NCBI RefSeq assembly: GCF_006345805.1
Contig: NC_043019.1
Span: 28,519,360 to 28,583,359, forward strand
Length of the DNA stretch: 64,000 bases
DNA from: Octopus sinensis
Lineage: Eukaryota
Reading direction: 5' to 3'
Positions 1-11,554 of the stretch are shown here, piece after piece. Each line of letters begins with the position of its first letter. Within the stretch, counting starts at the first letter, position 1. Under the pieces are notes generated by a model. The model saw only the letters and a list, made by a program, of their open reading frames with translations, was not told the DNA's origin and searched no databases. The position numbers and the translations under genes were made by a program.

Positions 1-1139
1 TGGATGCCCTTCCTAATATATATATATATATATTTTTAAGTTTGGTACTAATTCTATTGGTCTCTCTTTTGCGGAGCTGTGAAATTTATGGGGACGTGAA
101 CAAACCAACACCAGCTGTCGAGCAAATACAATCACAGATACAAACACACACTAGGGGGAGTCAAAAAGTAATCTTTTTTATCTTAAGAGGCATATTTTCC
201 AATTTACTCTTGGTTTTTAATTATCTTTTTTCCTCCCCCACTTCTCCCAGGTATATGTTGTCTGGGGACTACCATAGCAAAGAATAGACCCAACATTTTC
301 TCTGCATGTCATTAAAGGTAACTCAAAGAGATTGAGGTAGGATTTGCACTTCAACCTTGTAAAACCCTCACCAGCAATTGAAATGCATTACTTTTTGACT
401 AACATAATTCAAATTTATATTAAAAAAAAAAAAATCAAGATAGGTGAGGGAACAAACACATACACACACATTGGGCTTCTTTCAGTTTCTGGCCTAGGAT
501 ATAGTAAAAGATACTTGTCCAAAGTGTCACACAGTGGAACTGAACCTGGGATCATGTAGTTAGCAACCAAACTTCTTACCACCCATGCCGATGAAGTTAT
601 GTCTAGTTTTTGTTTTATTCATAAAAGGTCTTCCTTGAAACATAATATTCACCTACAATACCGAGGGAACTTCTGTGATACTGAGTTGTGGATCCGATTG
701 TAGAGTGTTGAATGTCATCTTTGATGTGCAGATATGTATTGTATGATTCATAGGAGTGGCTGTTGGTAACAAGTTTGCTTCCCAACCACATGGTTTTGGG
801 TTCAGTTCCACTGCATGGTTCCTTGGATAAATGTCTTCTACTATAGCTTTGGGCTAACCAAAGCCTTGTGAGTGAATTCGATGGACAGAAACTGAAAGAG
901 GGCTGTCATGTTTGTGTTTGTCCTACCACTTAACAACCAGTGATGGTTTGTTTACATCCCCGTAACTTGGTTGATTAGGTGAAGGAGAACAATAGAATAA
1001 GCACCAGTCCTAAAAAAAGTAAGTGCTTGGGGTTAATTTGTTTGACAAAAACCCTTCAAGGCAGTGCCCCAGCTTGACCACAGTTCAATGACTGAAATCA
1101 ATTAAAAGATGAAGGATGCATTTTGTATGTAAACACCAC

Positions 1140-2870
1140 TTCCAGTGTTCAAATCTGTTCTTGATGATGATGAAGACACAGTGGATTTTGTCAAATACAA
1201 TCGTCTAAATATGAGGATACTGCATGTGTTAAAAGCCAATTAAATGCTGAAAAAGAGGTGCTTTTGTTTCATGGAGAAGTGGGATGAATTTCAAGATATA
1301 ATGTGGTAGCCTGGATTGTTGGAGGGATGAAAAAGGGAACTGAAAGATTTTTTTTTTCTTTAAAAAAATCAGAATGATCAATGAATCAAGTTTGCAGATA
1401 AAACAACCAGAAGGACAAGTTAGCTTTCTAGAATAATCCTTTTTCTACTCTAGGAACAAGGTCTGAAATTTTGTGGAAGGGAGCTGGTCAATGACATCAG
1501 CCCCAGTACACAATTGGTACTTATTTCATTACTCTTAGAAAGAAGAAACGCAAACCTTGGTGGAATTTGAACTCAGAATGTAAAGCCAGAAGAAACAACA
1601 TGATGCATTTTGTCAGGCATGCTAACAATTCTGCCCAAACTTACCAAAATATTTCCTCACAACCTAATACAGATGGCAAAGCTTTTCACAGAAACCCGAT
1701 TTCTGAAATAGGCTTCGTCAATGAATTAAAAATCTTTCTGGTGAAACTTGAGTTGTGCAAAAGAGAAATTGATGAGGATACATTAAGTCTTTGAGAACAG
1801 AAGTGAAACTCTCTTACATTTCTGGAAGTAGGGGACATTAATGGAAGCAGTATGTCAGCTCAGAATAATTTCATTTGCTACATGATAAGTTATGTACTAA
1901 TCTTATTAATCATCATCATCGTTTAACGTCCACTTTCCATGCTAGCATGGGGTGGACGATTTTGACTGAGGTCTGGCAAACCAGATGGCTGCACCAGACT
2001 CCAATCTGATCTGGCAGAGTTTCTACAGCTGGATGCCCTTCCTAACGCCAATCACTCCGAGAGTGTAGTGGGTACTTTTATGTGCCACCGGCAAGAGGGC
2101 CAGTCAGGCAGTACTAGCAAGGCCATGCTCAAATGGTGCTTTTTATGTGCCACCTGCACAGGAGCCAGTCCAGCGGCACTGGCAACAACCTTAATCAAAT
2201 GTTTTTTCATGTGCCACCAGCACAAGTGCCAGTAAGGCAATGCAGGTAACAATCACGCTCGAATGGTGTTTTTTTACGTGCCACCGGCATGGAGGCCAGC
2301 TTGTTGCTCTGGCAACGATCATGCTCGTATGGTACTGAAACTTAATATTAGTATCAAATTTTTTGTGTAAGGCCTGCTATTTCAGGGGAGGGACTAAGTT
2401 GATTACATCGACCCCAGTGCTTAACTGGAACTTGTTTTATCAACTGCAAAAGGATGAAAGGTAAAGTGGACCCTGCCGGGATTTGAACTCAGAATGTAAA
2501 GCTGGAAGAAATGCTGCTAAGCATTTTGCCTGGTGTGATAATGATTCTGCAAGCTTGTCGCCTTTATTTTACTAATATTAATAAAGTAGATTATCAACTC
2601 ATTCAAAATCTCATTAGCATTAATCTAAGATCACTTGTAGAAGATCTGCAAAATAAATTTACTGAATCTGCAAATGACACCATGGTCAAAGATCTCTTTG
2701 AAACATTGTTCCTAACAAAATTCAGGTTTTTCATGGTAAAGTCTTACTTATCTAAGAAAAAGAAATAGACAGGGAGTTTTTTTTTTTTACTGTTCCTCGC
2801 TATTTACTATTTCAAACGGGGGTTTTCAGCAATGTGTGTACAACCAAAACCAAATTTCATGTAAGACTGA
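1140..2870 (+). mobile_element. Decayed hAT (Charlie/Buster-like) transposase remnant interrupted by SINEs
   Basis: Fragments translate as PVFKSVLDDDEDTVDFVKYNRLNMRIL, AEKEVLLFHGEVG* (cf. LLxHTEVRW), ELKIFLVKLEL, KDLFETLFL..KSY and GFSAMCTTKTK (hAT C-terminal dimerisation region); stops and frameshifts present. Confidence 0.6.
1913..2335 (-). mobile_element. SINE family C (GGTTGGCGTTAGGAAGGGCATCCAG core, (GAT)n tail) with a 5' array of diverged ~60-65 bp tandem units
   Basis: Same core recurs at about 12040-12420(+), 15590-15822(+), 16705-16980(+), 25088-25545(-), 27252-27580(-), 32938-33137(-), 48005-48487(+), 50437-50620(-) and 59201-59435(-). The core resembles the Meta-type SINE domain with an RTE-like tail (recalled, not searched). 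Confidence 0.8.
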
Positions 2871-3015
2871 TATCTAAAAATGATATGTGCTTGTGTATTG
2901 TCTCTGAGACTCTATCAAAGACTGAGTTGGTTACTTGCTGGAAAGGGTCAAGCTCATCTGTTTAGTTAAAACCTGTGATAATACATTGAATGGAACAGCA
3001 AACAATACATATCTA

Positions 3016-3242
3016 TTTCTTTACTGCCCACAAGGGGCTAAACGCAGAGAGGACAAACAACGACAGACAAACGGATTAAGTCGATTATATCAACCCGTGC
3101 ATAACCAGTACTTAATTTATCGACCACGAAAGGATGAAAGGCAAAGTCAACCTCGGCGGAATTTGAACTCAGAATGTAACGGCAGACAAAATACGGCTAC
3201 GCATTTCATCCAGCGTGCTAACGTTTCTGCCAGCTCGCCGCC
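3016..3242 (-). mobile_element. SINE family B (GGCGGCGAGCTGGCAGAAACG head, GTCGACTTTGCCTTTCATCC core resembling the Nin/Deu domain)
   Basis: About 225-bp dispersed repeat. Near-identical copies at 8128-8357(-), 9505-9725(-), 32521-32738(+), 39370-39575(+) and 57568-57793(-); older or truncated copies near 13270, 21550, 22080, 22315, 46790 and 54790. Confidence 0.8.
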
Positions 3243-3380
3243 AAACAATACATATCTATTGTATGTTGTATGGTACCCAAGAACCCATTGTGAAATTATG
3301 AAATTCACCAGCAGCACACCGGTATGGTCGAACAGGATTAATGGGTAGACTTGAAGAAAATGTTTGAGAACCCCTATATA

Positions 3381-3420
<40 letters not shown>

Positions 3421-3990
3421 ATATAAATACATATGTATGTGTGTGTATGTATACATGCATATATACATGTATATTATATATATTAATACATATGTATACA
3501 TGTGTATGTATGTATGTAAATATGTGTGAGTATATTTATGTAGTATAGGTAGGTGTATAATTATATATATACACACACATTCAGTTATTTGAAACTTTGT
3601 TGTAAGCTGACGTTGCGTTGTGTACCAATGAAAGATTGTGAGATCAGCCTAATATCAGGAGACATTGTGACAATCATGACTTTGTTATTGATGATGATGA
3701 AGTTGTGTAGCTCCAGGTCACTCTAAACAAGAGACACACACACACACACACATATGACCAAAGCCATTTTAGCTATGACCATCCCAAACATTCTGTACAC
3801 CAGGGACTAAATTGTGTCCTTCTTGGTAGACTTTGATTTGAAAGAAAATTGACTGCTATTTTCAGCGAGTCAGCTAAGCTAAAGATGCTCTCTGCTTTGC
3901 AGGACGTGACTTTGTTTGGAGACAATCATGGATTAATTATAAAAGACAACACTGGAATACAAACCTTGTTGAACAAACAGTTCACCCACA

Positions 3991-4211
3991 TACGATGGGG
4001 TGCTGAAAAGTTCCTGGTTTTAAGGGTATCGCGAAAGGCCTGGTTGGAGGCCTAACCTTCCGAGTTCTTTTACAGGGCTTAGAAAAACTGAAGGACCATT
4101 GCAATAAGTGTGTGAATTTGAGAGGGGAATAAGTTTAATAAAATCATAATTAACTGAACCCCGTCTTTTCTTTTCCCCAAAACCAGGAACTCTTCAGCAT
4201 CCCCCCTTGTA
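3991..4211 (+). mobile_element. Mariner-derived MITE
   Basis: TA-flanked inverted repeats tacgatggggtgctgaaaagttcctggtttt / aaaaccaggaactcttcagcatccccccttgta. The interior encodes the mariner C-terminus GLEKLKDHCNKCVNLRGE*V*. Confidence 0.8.
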
Positions 4212-4270
4212 TATATGTATAATATATACACACACATGTATGTATGTGTGTGTGTACATATATATATATA

Positions 4271-4860
4271 TACACACACAGACATGTAGGAAGTAAATAG
4301 ACACCTTTAATTAAAAAAATTTTTAATCTAACGGTCTTAATATGCTCTCAGCTGTGTAGAATTTACAATGTGATTATTCTTTATCATTCCAGGTGCCATT
4401 ATATTAAACATTTGCACAGAGTAACCATGCCACACACAAAACATTCAGCAGAACTGTCAGATTTTCAAAGAGGTCATATTGTTGGGCAATCTGAGGCTGG
4501 TCTTAGCCAGTGAAAAATTGCCGAAAATCTTCAAATTCCTCTCGCTACTGTTAATAGAGTTACAGTACAATTCAAAATCCAAGGAAAAGAATTAACAGAT
4601 TCTTGTCCTGGCCAACCTGGTCCCACAGAAAGGAAGCTTCGCTGTTTGAAGAAAATTGTGGAAAACAAACCCTGTTCGAAGGCTTCTGACATTGCAAAAC
4701 AGCTAGAAGTTAGTCCAAGAACGTGTGTTACATATCTGCATAAGCTTGGATATTATGGACAAGCAGCTAGAAGAAAACCTCTCCTTCAACCAATTAATAT
4801 CAAATAAAAGATTTTGAAAATTAAAGGTGTCTATTTACTTCCTGCATGTCTGTGTGTGTA
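4271..4860 (+). mobile_element. Internally deleted Tc1-like element with a disrupted N-terminal transposase ORF (4427-4807)
   Basis: About 40-bp TIRs (cagacatgtaggaagtaaatagacacctttaatt 4279-4312; inverted copy 4819-4852) with TA at both ends. ORF reads MPHTKHSAELSDFQRGHIVG...Q*KIAENLQIPLATVNRV...GYYGQAARRKPLL (paired-like HTH); no DDE domain. Confidence 0.85.
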
Positions 4861-5362
4861 CATATGTGTATACAGGTACGATAGCAACTTTTCAGACACC
4901 AATGATCCAGAACCTCTTATAATTTGCACTATTTCACAATCAAGAATCCTAAATTCTTGCAGCCATCAGACTTGTTTCACAGTGCCTTGCAATATTTATA
5001 AACTTGTATCATTTATACTAATGTATAGGTGCCTGTATTTTCATTAAATAATATAAGTAATATTTGTTTAATCCAGAGTGTGCTGACCAAGGTGACCACC
5101 CCTGATTTGGAAAAAATTAGGAATCTGAAAAGGCTTTGAGCCATAGATTCTGAAAAACTGATTTTGTACCTCTATATACACAATGTGGTCTGTGAATGTG
5201 TGTGCATCAGATATATTAGCTAAGTGATACACCATTGATGCAACTTGAAGTAATAGAAAAGCAGTGAATTTTAGCAATAATACAAGGATTGTTATTTACT
5301 CTAAGTTACATATTGAGTACTCTTTGCTTATAATATTCCATTCTTTGTAATAATAGTTGAAC

Positions 5363-5395
<33 letters not shown>

Positions 5396-6114
5396 AACAC
5401 ACATACAAACATATATCATGTGATTGATCACACAACTGGATATTGTTATATATCACTGGTTAAAATGTGCTTTGCACTGTTTTAGCTTTCGCACGATGCC
5501 ACCCTGTTGGCCAAGTAAGCAGGCCATATATATATATATATATATATATAAACATAAACACACAAACATATATATATATATATATATAAACATAAACACA
5601 CAAAATATATATATATATATATATATCTTAGAAGATGTATAACTGTTGTCACTCATTAATTTCTCTCTTTTCCCTGAAGAGGGCACTGCCCAAAACGCTG
5701 GATTTTCCACTTCCCACACCAATTTCACTGTAATCTTTTTATTGATTTTACAACATTTTATATATATATATATATAATATATATATATATACACACACAC
5801 ATACATATCTCCAGCCCATGTTGAATACACTGAATTCCTTTTGTTTGTTACGTTTTACCATAAAATTTTGCTTCCCTCTTGAAATTATTTATAAGTCGCT
5901 AAAATATTTGCCGGTGTTTCACTTAGGAAATATTCAGCAGAGTATAACCTGAAGAAAAGGAATCTTGTGAAAATACAAATATACATAGTGATACCTTTTA
6001 ATTTACACAACTGTACTCATATTTTTAAATAAACATGTTATAGAAACACGTATAGAAATATCCGCTTGTTTCATTTTTGTTCCTCCCATACACATATGCT
6101 TTATTTGTGGGTTA

Positions 6115-6210
6115 ACAAGGCTACCAATGGTTTCATGTAGAGTGAAATCTCAACAATTATCAAGCCTGCCACATGGAAACATCGTTACATGAAACAATTG
6201 GTAGCCTTGA
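6115..6210. mobile_element. 96-bp TA-flanked mini-MITE/hairpin
   Basis: 24-bp inverted repeat with 1 mismatch (6116-6139 and 6186-6209), 46-nt spacer, TA on both sides. Confidence 0.55.
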
Positions 6211-6877
6211 TAGCCCGGAAAATAAAGAATGTTTATCCACCAATGCAGTGTTGAACACTCATTCTCACTGTTCAATATTAGTGTGTGTGTGTGTGTGTGT
6301 GTGTACACACACATAATTGATAGCTGTAATTAGATTCTGTTGGAAATGAAGAGAAGCACAATTAAAGTAAGCTACTCAATACATCACATAGAAAGAGTGG
6401 ATATTAAAAGTGACCCTTGCAAGACCAGTGCTGTTGTATTGCTGTGGGAGAAGGGAACAGAGAGTCTCTGTGATGACTTCCTCAAGAGCTCAACAGTTCA
6501 AGCCTTGTAGGAGTTACTTATTAGATAAATTGCACATAGATATAATACATACATAGCTGAGCATGTGTGTGAGTATGATTTTGTGTTTTGAGGGAAGTAG
6601 GGGAAGTGAAGTAAGGCCATAATGGAAATTGTGTAGATATAAATGTCATTTAATATATGTAACAGTTAAACATTTCAATTTGATGTTTCAATTATACTTC
6701 AAGTTTTTTTGAGGATTTTTCTTTTTACATTTTTTTTTTTTAGTAATTTTCTCCATAATTTTAGTGTCAGAAACAGACAGTTGCATTGAAATAGCAAACT
6801 AGCAGGTCTTATATATATATATATATATAAATGTATATAATATGAAATATGCACACAGGAAAATACAATAAAATATA

Positions 6878-7130
6878 TTTATTCAACGATCTAAATTTTA
6901 ATTCTATAGGATATATAATACTTTTTTTTTATAAAACCTGAAATGAAAATGATAAATTTCTTTGTTTCTTGTTGTTTGTTTTTTTCAGATATCATCCAGT
7001 TTTCCTATAAAAATGACAGCTGTTTCTAATAGGCAATTCCAACAAATGGTGAAGATTAGTTGAGAGAGAAGTGGGGAGTTTCATTAGCCAATGGTTCTTG
7101 TATAGTTAAGTAAAACGGTGAACATACTTA

Positions 7131-7167
<37 letters not shown>

Positions 7168-7214
7168 CATCATATTTTCAAAATTGAAGCCATGCTGGTT
7201 TAACTGTTTTTTAA
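6878..7214 (-). promoter_or_regulatory. Candidate polyadenylation signals of the elongase 3' UTR
   Basis: Minus-strand ATTAAA at 7209-7214 and AATAAA at 6878-6883, downstream of the stop; a further AATAAA at 6100-6105. The site actually used cannot be determined from sequence. Confidence 0.35.
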
Positions 7215-7343
7215 TGAATTCATACCCTGAAGAATAAAGTTAACAAAAACATAAAAAAAAAACAAGAGAAAAATAAATATAAGTTGGAAACAAGAAAAGA
7301 ATTTTAAAAAATTAATTAAAAAGCAAATATATTATGAATTTGG

Positions 7344-7592
7344 CTATTGAGCTTTCTTCACCGTTCCATTAATGGTGCTTCCATTTTGGGAGCTTTTCTT
7401 TTTCGCATAGTTATTTGCTGTGTCTACATTAGGATTTCGTCTGCCTTTGATGTAAGCCTGGATGTAGAAGTTACTGAACAATATTATCATGAGAATCATG
7501 TAACATGTGAGTAGATACTTTCCCCAACTTGGGAATTCACAATTCACTCGTATAGAATTTGCTGAGTGAGCAAATGTTACACAGAACTGGAT
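7344..7592 (-). CDS. elovl2/5: Elovl2/5 terminal coding exon 6 (IQFCVTFAHSANSIRVNCEFPSWGKYLLTCYMILMIILFSNFYIQAYIKGRRNPNVDTANNYAKKKSSQNGSTINGTVKKAQ*)
   Basis: ttttctttccag|ATCCAG...; 249 nt ending in TAG; completes TxxQxxQ and LFxNFYxxxY; C-terminal KKAQ is a KKxx ER-retrieval signal. Confidence 0.95.
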   Translation of the reverse strand: MQFCVTFAHSANSIRVNCEFPSWGKYLLTCYMILMIILFSNFYIQAYIKGRRNPNVDTANNYAKKKSSQNGSTINGTVKKAQ

Positions 7593-7753
7593 CTGGAAAG
7601 AAAAGATAAATGAAATTTAGAATATCAATTAGTAACAGAGGAGGGGGTTGTTTTCAGCAAGAATGGAAGATAACAATGGACAGGTTCTGGTTTTATTAGA
7701 CTTCCTCAGCAAAGCTTAATAGTAATCTGAAAATCACTAAGTAAAAAATAAAA

Positions 7754-8508
7754 CCGTAAATCCTCAAGTATAATCCACATTTTTCCCCCAAAATTTAAAG
7801 GTCAAAATCCCTAGTGCGTACTATATACGAGGTTAAAAATGAAAATTATTTTCTAAGCAATGTCCATGTCTCTATTTACTGTCTGGCTATGTTTATTTAG
7901 ATGCATTTTGTGATGTCGGGCGTGAAAATACCTTAAGCTAAGCCTGAAAGCAATGAAGTCATAAAATGATCATCCATAACTTGCAGTAAGCAACATTTAT
8001 TAAACGTTATTACTGTTATTTCTTTATTTTCTGCAAACAAAATGCACAAAAAAGCTACACGTTTGCATTATGTAATATATACAATAATAATAAAAAAGCC
8101 GTTACCGTATACAATTTTACAAACCTGTTTCTTTACTATCCACAAGGGGCTAAACACAGAGAGGACAAACAAGGACAGACGAACGGATTAAGTCGATTAC
8201 ATCGACCCCAGTGCGTAACTGGTACATATTTAATCGACCTCGAAAGGATGAAAGGCAAAGTCGACCTCGGCGGAATTTGAACTCAGAACGTAACGGCAGA
8301 TGAAATACCACTAAGCATTTCGCCCGGCGTGCTAACGTTTCTGCCAGCTCGCCGCCTTTACAAACCAAGGGCGTTATATAGACCTCCTTGACTCAAGTTA
8401 GAGAAGGGGTGCGTATTATACACAAGGTTTAGGCCTTTCAGAGGTACAGCCCCCTAAGAGTCCCCTGCGTATTGTACTCAAGGGCGGACTATACTCGAGG
8501 ATTTACGG
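7754..8508. mobile_element. pogo/Tigger-like MITE with a nested family-B SINE
   Basis: TIRs ccgtaaatcctcaagtataatcc (7754) and ggactatactcgaggatttacgg|ta (ending 8508); SINE at 8128-8357 inside. Confidence 0.7.
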
Positions 8509-9734
8509 TACCTTCGATTTTACATTACTTTATACTTAGTGTCTCCTCGCTACTTCAACAACTACAGCAAAACGTATTCTCTGAGTTATCCTGAGTTGTC
8601 TCCCATACTTGCCGAAAGAATTATAAAAGCATTTTACAACCAACAAAAATTGTTCTTTCTTCCTTGCATATTTTTTCTACTTGTTTTTTTTTCCCTCCCC
8701 CCATACTAACCTTGCATTAAATATTTCTACACAATCTTTACTGCCTTTTAAAAAAAATTTTTTTATTGTGCAGACGATGTCTGAATTTATTTAAATCCGT
8801 TATTTATTCTCTGAATAGTTCAACTAGTTTACCGTATTTTTCAGACAAAAATTTGCATTCAAAACACGTCGGTTAGCTTATTATACACCAAGACAACTTT
8901 GGAGGACCAAATATTCTGTGTAAAATGCAGCAGGAACTGAAAAGATTGTGACAATGTTTCAATGTTTACACCACATGCTTACATGACGTTGACTTGTACG
9001 CCACACAATACGGCAAATGTCTAAAGAGTAGAGGCTGTAAATTATCCTCACAAAACGAATTTATTTACTCTAAACTTTTATCAAGTAATTGTCGTAGAAA
9101 AGGGCTGCAGCACACATTAAGAATACGAAAGCTGTAGTAAATATAAAGGCTCAAGGTTTAAACACATACTAGGGAATTTTAAATTCTGTTATTCTTTTTT
9201 TTTTTTTTTTTTTACTACCTCCAACCATGAGGCTGCAGCCAGGCAAGAGCTCTGCCCGCCAAAGAACATCACTGAATACGCATTGCTCACCCCTTCTATC
9301 AGTAAATACTTTGGTAATATATTTTATCGATTTCATAAAGAGTGAAAAACGACGTACGAGTCAAGGGACATAACTCAGAAATAATTATCAATAATTATTA
9401 TCACACTTCTTTGGTCACCTAACACACACACGCGTACAAGATTCCGAGTTCGATTCCAGGCAGCGACCAGAATAATAACAATAATAATAATAATTATTAT
9501 TATTATTTATTTATTTATTGCCCTCAAGGGAGCTAAACATAGAGGGGACAAAAGAGGGGATCAAGTCGTTTACATCGACCCCAGTGCGTAACTGGTACTT
9601 GTTTAATCGACCTCGAAAGGATGAAAGGTAAAGTCGACCTCGGTGGAATTTGAACTCGCAACGTAACGACAGACGAAGTACCGCTAAGCATTTCGCCCGG
9701 CGTGCTAACGTTTCTGCCAGCTCATCGAAAAATA

Positions 9735-9866
9735 CCTTAGGAATGAGAACCCAGGTTCGAAATTTCGCCAAGACACCAAATGAAGGCTGGAGGGGATATC
9801 AGCCGAAACGTTGTGTTAACAACAAACAAGATGAGGACAAATAACCGTCAAATGTAAATAATGTAA
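9735..9866 (+). mobile_element. Penelope-like terminal-repeat fragment
   Basis: ...gacaccaaatgaaggctggaggggatatcagccgaaacgttg... resembles the CTGATGA-stem-GAAAC signature of Penelope pLTR ends (pattern recognition only). Confidence 0.4.
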
Positions 9867-10283
9867 AAGTCTCTGATGTTAAAAACTTGTCATCATTTTA
9901 ATGTCCATTTTCTACACTTGCATGGGTCAAATGGAGTTTGTTGAAAATTTTCTATAGTCTAATGCCCTTCCAGAAGCCAAACCTCGCTTATTTCCAAGCT
10001 AATATTTCCCCATGACCAGGCATGTTTATTACAGGTTATTGGAAATGAATGATATTCATTTAGAATAATCACACGATGTCAAGACAAGGGAACACACACA
10101 CAATAGGTTTCTTTCAGTTTCCATCTATCAGGTCCACTCACACACTTTGTCATAAGGCTTTTGTCTTCTATTCAGGATGCTTAAGGAAGTGTCTTAGGTA
10201 GAGGACATCTCCCCAAGGAGTCTGAACCTAGAGCCAAGTGGCTGGAAAGCAAAACTTCCCAACAACACAGATACACCTACACC

Positions 10284-10892
10284 TACTCTCTTTTACTTGT
10301 TTCAGTCATTTGACTGTGGCCATGCTGGAGCACCACCTTCAGTCGAGCAAATCAACCCCAGGACTTATTCTTTGTAAGCCTAGTACTTATTCTATCGGTC
10401 CTTTTGCCGAACCGCTAAGTTACGGGGACGTAAACACACCAGCATCAGTTGTGAATCGATGTTGGGGGGGACAAACACAGACACACAAACCAGTGCTTTT
10501 CAAACTTTTTGCTGGAGTGGAACCCCAAGGAAACATTCCACTGGCTCGAGGAACCCCTGTGCAATAATTTAATAGTCTTATGCACACATATCTGCACAGG
10601 AGAATTAAAAATTACTGCCGATTTTAGCAGTTTTGTAACTTCTTGCGGAACCCCTGGACTGTACTGGCGGAACCCTGGTTGAAAACCACTGACACAAACA
10701 TATACATACATATATATATACATATATACAACGGGCTTCTTTCAGTTTCCGTCTACCAAATCCACTCGCAAGGCTTTGGTCGGCCCGAGGCTATAGTAGA
10801 AGACACTTGCCCAAGGTGCCACGCAGTGGGACTGAACACGGAACCATGTGGTTCGTAAGCAAGCTACTTACAACACAGCCACTCCTACGCCT
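10284..10892 (-). mobile_element. SINE family A (tRNA-like head GGCGCAGGAGTGGCTGTGTGG...GGTTCAGTCCC, central microsatellite, ...ACAAGTAAAAGAG tail), here carrying a hAT MITE
   Basis: A-box and B-box-like motifs. Young copies at about 35325-35719(-), 37681-38082(-), 41805-42152(+), 42771-43173(-), 46391-46745(-), 51157-51563(-), 56582-57020(+) and 63961-64000(+, cut by the window end); many older copies (e.g. 760-1110, 16430-16690, 23290-23480, 28245, 31440, 61625). Confidence 0.85.
10491..10691. mobile_element. hAT MITE inserted in a family-A SINE
   Basis: TIRs CAGTGCTTTTCAA / TTGAAAACCACTG; exact 8-bp TSD ACACAAAC (10483-10490 and 10692-10699). Confidence 0.9.
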
Positions 10893-11059
10893 GTTTATAT
10901 CTAAAACAGAAATTTCATAATTTGAAGCAAGAATACTTTGTTCTAGTTACAGGGAGTGATCAGTTACAGCAGATAATAAAATACCCAAAGAAGCTAGAAA
11001 CATTTCCCAGTTATCATCAGAAAAAAAAACGAATATACAGAACATCAACATAGTCTTAC

Positions 11060-11184
11060 CAGTTGCATTTTTGTTATATACTTTTTCCACCAGAGTCTCT
11101 TTTTTAATGATGGTATAGCAGACAGGCCATAATATGTATACATAACAACATGGATAAAACAGTTTAAACAAGCACCGAACCAAG
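11060..11184 (-). CDS. elovl2/5: Elovl2/5 coding exon 5 ([42 protein letters not shown])
   Basis: ttttgtttcag|CTTGG...CAACTG|gtaaga; 125 nt; NxxxHxxMYxYY and WWKKYIT motifs. Confidence 0.97.
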
Positions 11185-11380
11185 CTGAAACAAAAGGAAA
11201 GTAAAACAGAATTAGAACACATGAAGTATCGCTTGAATACAACTTTTTATTATTATAAAGAAACATTTTGGTGAAGATAGAGAGATATTTGTTTAGATAC
11301 ATACCATGAAATAAATGGAACCTTTGTATAACAATGAATTTTTCACTTGTTTTCAAAAATCAAGATATAACTCTGTAGAG

Positions 11381-11554
11381 CAGTGCTCCACAACCGGCAT
11401 GCCATGGCACACTAGTGTGCCATGAGATGATGCTAGGTGTGCCACAGTGTAACCTGAATATAACTTTTTGCCCTATACTTTTAGTTCAGGAATGCCAGCA
11501 AATTTTGAAAAGAATATAAGTGTACCGCAAGTGAAAAGAGGTTGTGGAGAACTG
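11381..11554. mobile_element. hAT MITE about 200 bp upstream of the exon 5 acceptor
   Basis: TIRs CAGTGCTCCACAACC / GGTTGTGGAGAACTG; exact 8-bp TSD CTGTAGAG (11373-11380 and 11555-11562). Confidence 0.9.

Noticed and set aside
2070-2335. Repeat-spacer-like arrays (ttttatgtgccaccggca plus variable segments), also at 25255-25545 and 48005-48310
   Set aside because: The spacers are homologous to one another, so these are diverged tandem units inside SINE family C. There are no cas genes and the context is eukaryotic; this is not CRISPR.
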